A stretch of 64,000 nucleotides of DNA from Bacteroidota bacterium (GTDB taxonomy: Bacteria; Bacteroidota; Bacteroidia; AKYH767-A; OLB10), in assembly GCA_025352785.1 (NCBI GenBank), contig JANXSD010000087.1, forward strand, positions 2,883 to 66,882, given 5' to 3'. Below the pieces are notes generated by a model that saw only the letters and a list, made by a program, of their open reading frames with translations, was not told the DNA's origin and did not search any database. Made by a program: the position numbers and the translations under genes. Positions 49,007-59,239 of this stretch are shown in pieces (position 1 is the stretch's first letter; each line of letters starts with the position of its first letter).

Positions 49007-49723
49007 TTACTCTTTTAATTCCTTCAAATACATTCCAACAGTACGTTCAAATCCATAATACAAAGAATCACTAACAAAAGCATGACCAATGGATACTTCT
49101 AATAAATCAGGAATCATCTTTTTAAAATAACGCAAATTTTGTAGATTTAAATCATGACCCGCATTTATTCCTATTCCGATTTCATTAGCAAAAATGGCTG
49201 CCTCTAAATATGGTTTAATGGCTAGCTCGGGATCATTAAAAAAAGTACTTGCATAAGCTTCCGTATAGAGTTCGATGCGATCAGCACCTGTTTCTTTAGC
49301 AAATTGTATCATTGATTTATCAGGATCGATAAATAATGAAACCCGTATATAATGTTCTTTTAAACGTGCTACTATATCCTTTAAAAAAATTTGATTTTTC
49401 GCCGTATCCCAACCAGCATTAGACGTTAAAACATCAGGAAGATCAGGAACCAGAGTTACTTGAGTTGGTTTCACTTCCATTACGAGTGTAAGAAAATCAT
49501 CGGTTGGATAACCTTCTATATTAAATTCAGTAGTCACAATTGGTTTCAAATGATACACATCGTTGTAACGAATATGCCTTTCATCAGGGCGAGGGTGGAC
49601 TGTAATTCCCTCAGCACCAAACTTCTGTATATCAATTGTGCATGATATTGGATCAGGCAATGTACCTCCACGTGCATTACGTAGAGTAGCTATTTTATTG
49701 ATGTTTATACTAAGCTTAGTCAC
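49007..49723 (-). CDS. pdxJ: pyridoxine 5'-phosphate synthase
   Basis: 238 aa; LSININKIATLRNARGG and HPRPDERHI match the PdxJ signature; GTG start codon. Confidence 0.95.
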   Translation of the reverse strand: MTKLSININKIATLRNARGGTLPDPISCTIDIQKFGAEGITVHPRPDERHIRYNDVYHLKPIVTTEFNIEGYPTDDFLTLVMEVKPTQVTLVPDLPDVLTSNAGWDTAKNQIFLKDIVARLKEHYIRVSLFIDPDKSMIQFAKETGADRIELYTEAYASTFFNDPELAIKPYLEAAIFANEIGIGINAGHDLNLQNLRYFKKMIPDLLEVSIGHAFVSDSLYYGFERTVGMYLKELKE

Positions 49724-49819
49724 TGTGCTGTAATATATTAGATTTATAAAACTGTTAAGGCATAGAATTCGTTTACATTAACAAATTAATAATTTAATGC
49801 CATAATGATGCGAAAGTAC

Positions 49820-49827
49820 TATGTTTG
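49820..49827 (+). promoter_or_regulatory. TATGTTTG, a perfect TAnnTTTG -7 element 46 nt upstream of the CBS-domain gene
   Basis: Exact consensus match read from the sequence; the spacing fits a conventional short 5' UTR. Confidence 0.3.
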
Positions 49828-49873
49828 TCAGGATCTGAAATTCATTTTATAAAAAGACGTACAAAATATACAG

Positions 49874-50536
49874 ATGTTTGCTTTAAAACTTATACGTGAT
49901 AATGTTCCACCTCTTAAAATGGGCGATACCTGCGGACGTGCGCTTGCTTGGATGGAAGAGCTTCGTGTGAATGCCTTACCATTAATTAAAGGTCGCGAAT
50001 TTCTTGGGTTAGTATCCAAATCTAGTTTGTTGAACCCTAGTTTGTCAAATACAACAATTCGAGAAGCTGAATTACCGCTAAATAGAGTTTTTGTATATGA
50101 TAATCAGCATGTATATGATTTAGCTAAAGTTGCTTCGTTACACAAGCTTGATATTGTTCCAGTATTAAATAACGAACAGGAGTATTCGGGATTGGTAACA
50201 GTAAATGATTTAGTAGCCTTTTTTGCGGAGAGTAAAAGTGTTTATATGCCTGGTGGAATCATTGTTTTAGAGATGGCTTTGAAAGATTATACGATGAGTC
50301 AAATTGCCCAAATTATGGAGTCTGATGGAGCCCATATTTTAAGCGCTAGTGTTTCTGCAACTTCTAATCCGCAACGAATTGAGGTTACTATAAAAATTGA
50401 CAAAATTGATATTAGCCGTATTTTAGCTGGATTGTATCGTTATAACTATAATGTTATAGCCTCCTACAATCAAAGCGAGCACTCCGATGATTTACAAAAC
50501 AGGTATGATTCATTAATGAATTACTTGAGTATTTGA
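49874..50536 (+). CDS. CBS-pair domain protein
   Basis: 220 aa with two CBS-like beta-alpha-beta-beta-alpha units; no catalytic domain. Confidence 0.7.
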   Translation: MFALKLIRDNVPPLKMGDTCGRALAWMEELRVNALPLIKGREFLGLVSKSSLLNPSLSNTTIREAELPLNRVFVYDNQHVYDLAKVASLHKLDIVPVLNNEQEYSGLVTVNDLVAFFAESKSVYMPGGIIVLEMALKDYTMSQIAQIMESDGAHILSASVSATSNPQRIEVTIKIDKIDISRILAGLYRYNYNVIASYNQSEHSDDLQNRYDSLMNYLSI

Positions 50537-50625
50537 TACCTTTGTCTTTCAGTCAACATCAAGTAGGTAATAAATATTGCAGCTCTTTTTTATGATTGTG
50601 TGAAAAATAATTTACTTTTATTTTT

Positions 50626-52101
50626 TTGAAAACCCTACAGGTTATATCAGCCGCATCTCTTTCATTGAAAAAAACTAGTACGCACTTCCCTAAGAAAATT
50701 ATCGTTTTCTTACTCGTCCTTATTTCGAGTTTAGGAAATCATTTATTGGCGGAAGTTCCAAGTGATTCGACGTTATTACCTCCACAGATTATTGATAGAA
50801 TAATTATTACTGGAAATAATAAAACGAAGCCGCGAATCATACTTCGTGAATTACTTTTTCATGAAGGCGACTCATTAAATTCATTCGTACTTAATTCAGC
50901 AATAGCAACGAGTAAAGAGAATCTTTTAAATATTGGCTTATTTAATTTTGTTGATTTTCATATTTATCAAGCGTTACAAGGTCATATTGATATTCATCTT
51001 GAAGTTACTGAACGTTGGTATCTTTTCCCTTTTCCTGTATTTGATATTGCAGATCGAAACTTTAATGAATGGTGGAGCAAACGTGATTTCAACAGAGTGA
51101 ATTACGGTATCCGTGTTAGTCAAGAAAATTTTAGAGGAAGAGATGAAATTTTACAGTTTCAATTCATATTTGGTTACTCGCAACGCTTAGGGATTTATTA
51201 TACGATACCTTATATTAACAGAAAGCAAAACATTGGTTTAACGATGGCAGTATATGGAATTCGTAACCATGAAATCGCTTATGATAGTCCGAATAATAAA
51301 TTAGTATTTTATAAAAATCCAGATGAATTTGTTCGCAACGATTTACAAGGCTATGTACGAATAACTAAACGAAAAGGCATTAATAGTTACTTCAATACCA
51401 CACTTGATTTTCGTACTACGCGTATTGCCGATACAATTCGATTTCTCAACCCCGATTATTTTATTTCGAGTAACCCAATTCAAAATCACATTGGCATAAG
51501 TTGGGGATATATCTTTGATATGCGCGATTATCGATCGTATGCTATGAATGGATATTTTTTGGAGATGGAAGCAACAAAACTTGGAATTGGATTATTGCAT
51601 AACGAACCCAATTTAATTGAAGTAACTGCAGGAATTAGAAAGTTCCAACCTCTTTCAAAGCGATTTAATATTCAAGCATCCATTAAAGGAAGAGTAGTGC
51701 AAAAAGAAGATGCGCCATATTTCAACCAACGTGCATTAGGTTATTCAGCTGACTATATTCGTGGCTACGATTACTACGTAATTAATGGACAAAATTTTTT
51801 ACTCACGCGATCCAATCTTCGTTACACATTGATGCAAACTCACGTTTATGAATTACCAGTCATTAATTCGAACAAATTTAAAAAGGTACCTCTGGCATTG
51901 TATCTCAATGGGTTTTACGATTCTGGATATGTAACTGACAATCGATTTGCATATAAAAACCCACTAGCAAATTCATGGCAATATGGCTATGGCATAGGAT
52001 TCGATATCGTTACCTATTACGATTTGGTTTTTCGATTTGAATTCGCAAGAAATCGCGTGAATGAAAATGGATTATTTTTCCATATTGGATCTGCTTTTTA
52101 A
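50626..52101 (+). CDS. Omp85-family outer-membrane protein with one N-terminal POTRA domain (short BamA/TamA/TpsB-like); no ATG in frame near the 5' end (ORF-track start at 50626 and in-frame alternative at 50662 are both TTG)
   Basis: Signal-peptide-like KKIIVFLLVLISSLGNHLLA; POTRA (IIDRIIITGNNKTKPRIILRELLFHEGDSLN); C-terminal barrel motifs IRGY, NFLLTRSNLRY, ALYLNGFYDSGYV, GYGIGFDIVTYYDLVFRFEFA, ending with F. Confidence 0.65.
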   Translation: MKTLQVISAASLSLKKTSTHFPKKIIVFLLVLISSLGNHLLAEVPSDSTLLPPQIIDRIIITGNNKTKPRIILRELLFHEGDSLNSFVLNSAIATSKENLLNIGLFNFVDFHIYQALQGHIDIHLEVTERWYLFPFPVFDIADRNFNEWWSKRDFNRVNYGIRVSQENFRGRDEILQFQFIFGYSQRLGIYYTIPYINRKQNIGLTMAVYGIRNHEIAYDSPNNKLVFYKNPDEFVRNDLQGYVRITKRKGINSYFNTTLDFRTTRIADTIRFLNPDYFISSNPIQNHIGISWGYIFDMRDYRSYAMNGYFLEMEATKLGIGLLHNEPNLIEVTAGIRKFQPLSKRFNIQASIKGRVVQKEDAPYFNQRALGYSADYIRGYDYYVINGQNFLLTRSNLRYTLMQTHVYELPVINSNKFKKVPLALYLNGFYDSGYVTDNRFAYKNPLANSWQYGYGIGFDIVTYYDLVFRFEFARNRVNENGLFFHIGSAF

Positions 52102-52174
52102 TTTGTATGAAGCTCTCATAACTACAAGTACCTTCATTCATTATAATTAATTAAATTTACCGAGATTCTTTTAT

Positions 52175-53053
52175 ATGAAAATTGCGCTCTACGCTCGCCA
52201 AATTATTCCTTCCAACCATAGTTTTATCTGTGAGCTTTTCAGCGCTTTGCAAACGTATAAGTGTGAAATTTATGTTTATCAGCCGTTATATAACCAAGTA
52301 AAACACTTGTTAGATGAGGCGGTAAAAGTGAAACTTTATAATTCAGGTTCAGAGATTCGGGGAGAAGTAGATTTTCTTTTCAGCATAGGTGGTGATGGAA
52401 CTATTTTGGACACCTTAACACTGGTACAAGATAGCGGAATACCCGTCTTAGGAATAAATATTGGTCGCCTAGGATTTCTTTCAAGCATTGCTCGAGACCA
52501 AATTAATGTTGCCATTGATAGTTTAGAGAAAGGACATTATTCGCTTGATAAAAGAAGTTTATTAAGATTAGAATCCAATAGAAGTCTGTTTGGTGAAGTG
52601 AGTTATGCCTTAAATGAACTTACCATCCATAAAAAAGACAGTGCTAGCATGATGATTATCAATACTTTTCTTAATGGAGAATATTTAAACTCTTATTGGG
52701 CAGATGGTTTAATCATAGCTACCCCAACGGGATCAACAGGTTATTCGATGAGTTGTGGAGGTCCTATCATTGTACCCTATTCTGATAACTTTGTGATAAC
52801 ACCTATTGCTCCTCACAATTTAAATGTAAGACCGATTGTTGTTTCAGATAAAAACGTAGTTTCGCTTGAAGTTGAGGGGAGAAGCCAATATTTCTTAGCT
52901 TCGCTGGATTCTAGATCAGTAACCATTGATTCCAGCATCTCATTAGCAGTAAGAAAAGAAGATTTCACAATGAATTTAGTGCGAATCGCTGATGACAATT
53001 TCCTGCGTACGTTACGCAAGAAATTGAATTGGGGACTAGATATTAGAAATTAA
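52175..53053 (+). CDS. nadK: NAD+ kinase
   Basis: GGDGT motif (SIGGDGTILD) and the NE/D short motif; 292 aa. Confidence 0.9.
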   Translation: MKIALYARQIIPSNHSFICELFSALQTYKCEIYVYQPLYNQVKHLLDEAVKVKLYNSGSEIRGEVDFLFSIGGDGTILDTLTLVQDSGIPVLGINIGRLGFLSSIARDQINVAIDSLEKGHYSLDKRSLLRLESNRSLFGEVSYALNELTIHKKDSASMMIINTFLNGEYLNSYWADGLIIATPTGSTGYSMSCGGPIIVPYSDNFVITPIAPHNLNVRPIVVSDKNVVSLEVEGRSQYFLASLDSRSVTIDSSISLAVRKEDFTMNLVRIADDNFLRTLRKKLNWGLDIRN

Positions 53054-53094
53054 GAATTGAAATTACCTAACTTGAATAGTAAAATATTATTTTT

Positions 53095-54030
53095 GTGCCA
53101 AGGCTCCATTCGCGAAACATGAAAAAACAACTACTCGTTTACTTAATACTTTTCCTTTCATTACCTTCCATATCCCAAGCACAACGTATTCGTGCTCGAT
53201 GGAAAGCTTATCGTTATGAGTGGAGTTTTGGTATTGGTGCGAGTAATTTCCTTGGGGATTTAGGCGGTGCGAATCAAATCGGAACTCATGGTGTAAAAGA
53301 TCTTGAAGTAACGAAAACACGACCTTCATTAGCCGCAGGATTTCGATATAAAATCAACCCGTTTTTGGCTTTACATACCCATTTCACTTTTTCGCAATTA
53401 TCTGGAGATGATAAATTAACTTCCGAACAATTTCGTAGGAATAGAAATTTGAATTTCAAAACTAACATTTATGAGTTAAACTTAAACTTAGAGGCCTCTT
53501 TACTTTCACAAAGAGAAGGTGGAATCTATCGATTAAAAGGAGTAAAGCGTTCTTCTAGTTTTGAAGCTGCGCTCTATGCTTTTGTGGGTATTGGTGTATT
53601 TCATTTCAATCCCAAAGGAAAAAGCGAAATTGATGGAAACTGGCATGAACTTCAGCCATTAGGAACTGAAGGACAAGGAATTTCTCCTGCTCGATCGAAA
53701 TATAAAAGAACACAAGTATGTATTCCTCTTGGAATTGGTGGTCGTTATTTCTTTAATCGTCGTTGGGGTGTTGGATTCGAATTTGGAATCCGAAAAACCT
53801 TTACGGATTATATCGATGATGTGAGTAAAACGTATTACGATAACGGAGCCATTTCTCAAACGCAAGGTCAAATAGCTGCTAATTTAGCTGATCCTTCCAT
53901 CATAAAAAATGGTCAGTCTAATGCTGGCGAACAAAGAGGTGATCCGAGATATAAGGATTCATATATGTTCGCAATTTTTAGTATTCACTATAAAATTCGT
54001 ACTGGTCGCACTAATTTCCCAATTTTCTAG
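53095..54030 (+). CDS. putative outer-membrane beta-barrel protein (DUF6089-like family), tandem paralog 1
   Basis: Signal peptide, amphipathic beta-strand periodicity, shared motifs with the next gene (HFNPKGK...W..LQPLGTEGQG...YKRT...GIGGRYFF; TDYIDDVS). Confidence 0.55.
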   Translation: MPRLHSRNMKKQLLVYLILFLSLPSISQAQRIRARWKAYRYEWSFGIGASNFLGDLGGANQIGTHGVKDLEVTKTRPSLAAGFRYKINPFLALHTHFTFSQLSGDDKLTSEQFRRNRNLNFKTNIYELNLNLEASLLSQREGGIYRLKGVKRSSSFEAALYAFVGIGVFHFNPKGKSEIDGNWHELQPLGTEGQGISPARSKYKRTQVCIPLGIGGRYFFNRRWGVGFEFGIRKTFTDYIDDVSKTYYDNGAISQTQGQIAANLADPSIIKNGQSNAGEQRGDPRYKDSYMFAIFSIHYKIRTGRTNFPIF

Positions 54031-54108
54031 GCATTATATGTCTGTAATCAATTACCTATCCTAATACTTGACTCGGCAATAAGCTTACATGGAATCCGTT
54101 ATTTTCTG

Positions 54109-54954
54109 ATGCAAAAAAGACTTGCACTTATATTGCTAATTGTTATCTCTTTCCCACCCTTTCTTTTTTCTCAATCGAGAGAAATGGGAATTATGGTTGG
54201 TATGATGGGTTATAAAGGAGACCTCAATCCAGTGATGTATTCGCCCAAAAGCATGAATATAGGAATAGGAATACTTTATCGACGATCTTATAGTAATCAT
54301 TGGGCATTTAAGGCGGCAATCAATTATGGACATATTCATGCAGATGATGCAGATGCGAAAGATGCGTGGAGTAACAATAGAAATTTGATGTTTAAATCTC
54401 ATATTATCGAATTAACTGGTCAATATGAATTTAACTTTTTGCCCTATCAAACTGCGAATCCAGCAACGAAGTTTACACCATTTATTCTTGGTGGACTTTC
54501 TATTTTTCATTTCAACCCTAAAGCCTATTACAAAAACGATTGGGTAGCCTTACAGCCTTTAGGAACAGAAGGACAGGGAACGGCTCAATATACAGATCGA
54601 AAAAAATACAAACGTACTTCTGCTGCCATCACTTTTGGTGGAGGTTTTAAATTTAAAATCGCTCGTCGATTTGGACTCACTATCGAAAGTGGAGTTCGTC
54701 GTACGTATACAGATTACCTCGACGATGTAAGCACAACGTATGCAGATCCGAAAGCTATCAGAACAGAAAATGGAAAAACAGCATCATTTTTAGCTGATCG
54801 CTCCTTAGAAAAGTCTCCAGGTGGAGATATTGGAAGGCAACGTGGAGATAAAGCAAAAAAAGATTGGTATATGTTTACAGGAGTTCAACTTACTTATACG
54901 TTATCGAAGAGATATATTGATAGTTGTAGACCATTCAGACTTAAGCTTTGGTAA
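54109..54954 (+). CDS. putative outer-membrane beta-barrel protein (DUF6089-like family), tandem paralog 2
   Basis: About 40% identical to the upstream paralog over shared motifs (HFNPKAYYKNDWVALQPLGTEGQGT...YKRTSAAITFGGGFKF...TDYLDDVS). Confidence 0.55.
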   Translation: MQKRLALILLIVISFPPFLFSQSREMGIMVGMMGYKGDLNPVMYSPKSMNIGIGILYRRSYSNHWAFKAAINYGHIHADDADAKDAWSNNRNLMFKSHIIELTGQYEFNFLPYQTANPATKFTPFILGGLSIFHFNPKAYYKNDWVALQPLGTEGQGTAQYTDRKKYKRTSAAITFGGGFKFKIARRFGLTIESGVRRTYTDYLDDVSTTYADPKAIRTENGKTASFLADRSLEKSPGGDIGRQRGDKAKKDWYMFTGVQLTYTLSKRYIDSCRPFRLKLW

Positions 54955-55024
54955 AATTTCAAATAATTTGCTGTTAAATGCTGGTTAATACATCATAAAC
55001 ACACGTCAAAGGGCTTCCTTTTAT

Positions 55025-55032
55025 TACCTTTG
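55025..55032 (+). promoter_or_regulatory. TACCTTTG, a perfect TAnnTTTG -7 element 8 nt upstream of the uppS ATG
   Basis: Exact consensus match read from the sequence. Confidence 0.35.
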
Positions 55033-55040
55033 CACCCCAA

Positions 55041-55793
55041 ATGTCGGTTAAGCAAAATATTGATATACAACGTCTGCCTAAACATATTGCCATCATCATG
55101 GATGGCAATGGAAGATGGGCAAAACAAAAAGGTAAAATTCGCACCTTCGGACATCAGCATGGTGTAGCAGCAGTAAAAGATACCGTTGAGTCATGTGCTG
55201 AATTAGGAATAAAAGTGCTCACACTTTATGCTTTCAGCACTGAGAACTGGAAGCGACCCCAATTTGAAATCAATGCTTTGATGCAGCTTCTGGTGCAGTC
55301 CATCAGTAAAGAGACGCCCACATTGATGGAAAACAATATTCGTTTGATTACGATTGGAGACACGGAAAGTTTACCTTCCGGCGTATCAAAAAAGTTAAAA
55401 AAAGTAATAAGCGACACCGCCAATAATACAAGAATGACGTTAGTTCTTGCCCTCAGCTATAGTTCTCGCTGGGAGATCACAAGAGCCATGAAATTGATTG
55501 GTGAAAAAATAAAAAAGGGCGAATTAGATCCTGCGAAGATTGATGAAAAAACTATTGACAATCATCTATGTACTGCTGGACTTCCTGACCCTGAATTATT
55601 GATCCGGACAAGCGGTGAAAACCGAATTAGCAATTACCTCCTGTGGCAAATAGCATACGCCGAACTTTATTTCACTTCCAAACTTTGGCCCGACTTCAGA
55701 AGAGAAGATCTCTACGAAGCATTAATAGATTACCAGAGCCGTGAACGTCGTTTCGGCCTTACATCAGAACAACTTTCACCAGACCATGCGTAA
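55041..55793 (+). CDS. uppS: isoprenyl transferase (undecaprenyl-diphosphate synthase)
   Basis: HIAIIMDGNGRWAKQKG and the C-terminal RRFG motif; 250 aa. Confidence 0.95.
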   Translation: MSVKQNIDIQRLPKHIAIIMDGNGRWAKQKGKIRTFGHQHGVAAVKDTVESCAELGIKVLTLYAFSTENWKRPQFEINALMQLLVQSISKETPTLMENNIRLITIGDTESLPSGVSKKLKKVISDTANNTRMTLVLALSYSSRWEITRAMKLIGEKIKKGELDPAKIDEKTIDNHLCTAGLPDPELLIRTSGENRISNYLLWQIAYAELYFTSKLWPDFRREDLYEALIDYQSRERRFGLTSEQLSPDHA

Positions 55794-58323
55794 TTCGTTT
55801 AGGGTACTTACCTGTTTCTTCTTATTAATACTTAACATTCCTTCCTATGCCCAAGTACAATTGGGTGGCGACGAAGGGTTGGTTGATTATAGCAATCCAA
55901 AAGAATATGAGTTAGGAGGACTTACAGTAAGCGGCGTTCAATATCTTGATGAAAGTGTATTGGTGACTTTAACGGGATTAACAATTGGAGAAAAGTATCG
56001 AATTCCTGGAGATAAAATAGCGCAATCAATCGAAAATCTTTGGAAACAAGGATTGTTATCGGATGTAAAAGTAGAAATAACAAAAATAGTTGACAATAAA
56101 ATTTTTCTGAATTATAAGCTACAAGAACGACCGCGTTTATCACGATTTAGTTTTGTAGGAGTAACTAAAGGTGAAGCCGATAAATTACGCGATAAGCTTC
56201 AATTAGTGAAGGGAAAAGTAGTGAATGAAAACTTGATTCAAATGACAAGCAATCAAGTGAAAGATTATTTTATCGCTAAAGGATTTCTCTTTGTAGAAGC
56301 GGATGTTACAGCTTCACGTGACTCTGCAATGGGTCCAAATAATGAATTGTTGGTTATTAAAGTTAGCAATAAACGTAAAGTAAAAATTAATAAAATTACT
56401 TTTCATGGCAATATAGAATTTAAGAGTAAAAAGTTGAAGCATAAAATGAAAGGAAGCAAAGAAAGTGCTTTCTGGAAAATTTTTACAGCATCAAAATATA
56501 CGGAAGAAGCTTACGGAAAAGACAAGGAGAAAATAGTTGGATTATATACAGCAAAAGGTTTTCGTGATGCTAAAATCGATAAGGATAGTGTTTATAAATT
56601 CAATCAGAAACGTGTTAATATTGATATATGGATTTCGGAAGGTCATAAATATTACTTCAGAAATATTAAATGGGTTGGAAACACAAAATATACCTATTCA
56701 CAGTTAAATGCAATTTTAGGAATTAACAAAGGGGACATTTACAATCAGGAAAAGTTAGAAGAGTCACTTTTCATGAATCAAAATAGTCGTGATATCAGTT
56801 CGCTTTATATGGATGATGGTTATTTGTTTTTTCAAGTAACACCTGTTGAAGTAACTGTTGAAGGTGATTCTATTGATCTTGAAATGCGTATTTATGAAGG
56901 TAAGCAAGCTGTGATCAATCGTGTTACAGTGAAAGGAAATACCAAGACGAATGATAAAGTTGTTATGCGTGAGATAAGAACTCAACCTGGGCAATTATTT
57001 AATCGTACACTTATTATCCGCACACAACGAGAACTTTCACAATTAGGATATTTTGATCAAGAAAAACTTAGTGTAAATCCAAAGCCTAATCCAGTTGATG
57101 GAACAGTAGATATTGAATATCAAGTAGAAGAAAAACCTTCAGATCAACTTGAATTATCTGGTGGTTGGGGAGGTGGTGCAGGTGTGGTAGGTACACTCGG
57201 TGTATCTTTTAATAACTTCTCTGCTAGAAATATTTTAAAGAAAAAAGCATGGTCTCCTCTTCCTTCCGGTGATGGGCAAAAACTTAGTTTAAGGTTTCAA
57301 TCCAATGGAAGATATTATCAAAGTTACAATGCTTCTTTCACGGAGCCTTGGCTGGGAGGTAAAAAACCTAATTCATTAAGCGTATCTGTTTTTAATTCAA
57401 TACAAACAGATGGTACAAAAAGGAGAGATGCGAATCATCAAGAATTAAATATCATTGGAGGATCCGTTGGTCTGGGAAGACGATTAACTGTTCCCGATGA
57501 TTATTTCAACATTTATAATGAGATAGCAATACAACAATACAGACTATCAAATTGGAATCAAGGATTTTTATTTCAGAATGGAAAATCCAATAACTTAAGT
57601 TTTCAAACTACCCTTTCAAGAAATTCTGTTGATGGAGTAATCTGGATTCGAACAGGTTCTCAACTTTCTGTAACCTTGCAGTTAACCCCTCCTTTTTCGC
57701 TCATTAACAATAACAAAGATTATACAACTGCAACGATACAAGAAAAATATAAATGGATCGAATATCACAAATGGAAATTTAGTGGTGCATGGTATAAAAG
57801 TATTGGAAACAAGTTTGTTCTTTATAGTAGAGCTCAAGTAGGAATATTAGGGTTTTACAATAAAGACATTGGTCAATCCCCTTTTGAAAGATTTTATTTA
57901 GGTGGCGATGGATTATCAGGATTCTCATTAGATGGTAGAGAAATTATTGCATTACGAGGGTATGATAACAATACGGTTACTCCGCGATTATTAACTCCAA
58001 ATAGTACAGGAACCTCCTATTCGTTAACAACAGTTGGAGGTACTACCTATGATAAATACACCATGGAACTTCGATATCCTGTTTCTTTAAATCCATCAGC
58101 GACGATTTATGTACTTGGATTTTTAGAGGGAGGAAATAATTATTTAGGAATTCGAGAATTTAACCCAACAGTGCTTAAGAGGTCGGCCGGTGCGGGAGTT
58201 CGTATCTTCTTACCCATGTTTGGATTACTAGGATTAGATTGGGGATATGGATTCGATAAAGTGCAAAACCAACCAGGTGCCAATGGAGCTCATTTCCATT
58301 TCACTATAGGTCAACAATTTTAA
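55786..58323 (+). CDS. bamA: outer-membrane protein assembly factor BamA (5 POTRA domains plus Omp85 barrel); start taken at the internal Met preceding the signal peptide
   Basis: Signal peptide MRNSFRVLTCFFLLILNIPSYAQ; repeated POTRA units; C-terminal barrel ending in ...HFHFTIGQQF. In Bacteroidota the canonical order is uppS-bamA-skp. Confidence 0.9.
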   Translation: MRNSFRVLTCFFLLILNIPSYAQVQLGGDEGLVDYSNPKEYELGGLTVSGVQYLDESVLVTLTGLTIGEKYRIPGDKIAQSIENLWKQGLLSDVKVEITKIVDNKIFLNYKLQERPRLSRFSFVGVTKGEADKLRDKLQLVKGKVVNENLIQMTSNQVKDYFIAKGFLFVEADVTASRDSAMGPNNELLVIKVSNKRKVKINKITFHGNIEFKSKKLKHKMKGSKESAFWKIFTASKYTEEAYGKDKEKIVGLYTAKGFRDAKIDKDSVYKFNQKRVNIDIWISEGHKYYFRNIKWVGNTKYTYSQLNAILGINKGDIYNQEKLEESLFMNQNSRDISSLYMDDGYLFFQVTPVEVTVEGDSIDLEMRIYEGKQAVINRVTVKGNTKTNDKVVMREIRTQPGQLFNRTLIIRTQRELSQLGYFDQEKLSVNPKPNPVDGTVDIEYQVEEKPSDQLELSGGWGGGAGVVGTLGVSFNNFSARNILKKKAWSPLPSGDGQKLSLRFQSNGRYYQSYNASFTEPWLGGKKPNSLSVSVFNSIQTDGTKRRDANHQELNIIGGSVGLGRRLTVPDDYFNIYNEIAIQQYRLSNWNQGFLFQNGKSNNLSFQTTLSRNSVDGVIWIRTGSQLSVTLQLTPPFSLINNNKDYTTATIQEKYKWIEYHKWKFSGAWYKSIGNKFVLYSRAQVGILGFYNKDIGQSPFERFYLGGDGLSGFSLDGREIIALRGYDNNTVTPRLLTPNSTGTSYSLTTVGGTTYDKYTMELRYPVSLNPSATIYVLGFLEGGNNYLGIREFNPTVLKRSAGAGVRIFLPMFGLLGLDWGYGFDKVQNQPGANGAHFHFTIGQQF

Positions 58324-58541
58324 AAAGATAATTTAGTAGTATTAACAATTAGCATGAATGCAGTCAACTATTTATGAGATCAATTTATCTAGTAAATAAC
58401 ACAAATACAATTAACTAATTTAGAATAGAACACTTTAATAATAGGAACTAAACCAGATTATTATAATTGCCTAGTTGCTGCATAAATGAAATTGGATAAC
58501 TTTGGCATGAAAATTAAGCGGCGGGCACAAAACACATCGAC

Positions 58542-59168
58542 ATGAAAAAAGTATCATCATTAATTGCCCTTCTTTTTGTTGTACTATCTAGTTCAACGCT
58601 ACTCGCACAGAAATATGCGTATGTAGATTCGAAGTACATTTTAGAGAATATTTCAGATTATAAGGCTGCTAATCAGCAATTAGATCAGTTGAGTATTGCT
58701 TGGCAAAAAGAAATTGAAGCAAAATATGCATCTATTGATAAGCTTTATAAAGATTATCAAGCGGAGCAAATACTCCTTACGGAAGACATGAAACGTAAGC
58801 GTGAAACAGAAATAACTGCGAAGGAAAAGGAAGTGAAAGAGTTTCAGAAGCAGAAATTTGGATATGAAGGTGAGTTGTTTAAGAAAAAACAAGAGTTGAC
58901 AAAACCCATTCAAGATAAAATTTATAATGCGGTAAAGAAATTAGCAACCGATCAAAGTTATGCAGTGATATTTGACAAATCGAGTGACTTGATCATGCTC
59001 TATTCTAATCCTAAATATGATAAAAGTGACGATGTTTTAGCGGCAATGGGTTACAAAGCGGGCGCTAAAGGGTCAGATAGCAAAACTCCAGGGACAAAAG
59101 GATCTTCCACTACCCCAGATGGAAATTCTGAAACCCCAAAGGGTGGTGTAATTGAGCAGAAAAAATAA
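58542..59168 (+). CDS. OmpH/Skp-family periplasmic chaperone (copy 1)
   Basis: Signal peptide, conserved N-terminal KYAYVDSKYIL motif, long coiled-coil, C-terminal VIFDKSSD...LYSNPKYD. Confidence 0.8.
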   Translation: MKKVSSLIALLFVVLSSSTLLAQKYAYVDSKYILENISDYKAANQQLDQLSIAWQKEIEAKYASIDKLYKDYQAEQILLTEDMKRKRETEITAKEKEVKEFQKQKFGYEGELFKKKQELTKPIQDKIYNAVKKLATDQSYAVIFDKSSDLIMLYSNPKYDKSDDVLAAMGYKAGAKGSDSKTPGTKGSSTTPDGNSETPKGGVIEQKK

Positions 59169-59239
59169 TTAGTGCGTGTTTTAATACGTCAACCAAAAAG
59201 TACTATCAAAAAATAACTTATTCAAATCTAAATTTCAAC

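Noticed and set aside
53087-53871. Small minus-strand ORFs (53087-53329, 53286-53468, 53659-53871) overlapping the first DUF6089-like OMP gene
   Set aside because: They are antisense to a gene with paralog support and have no coding features.
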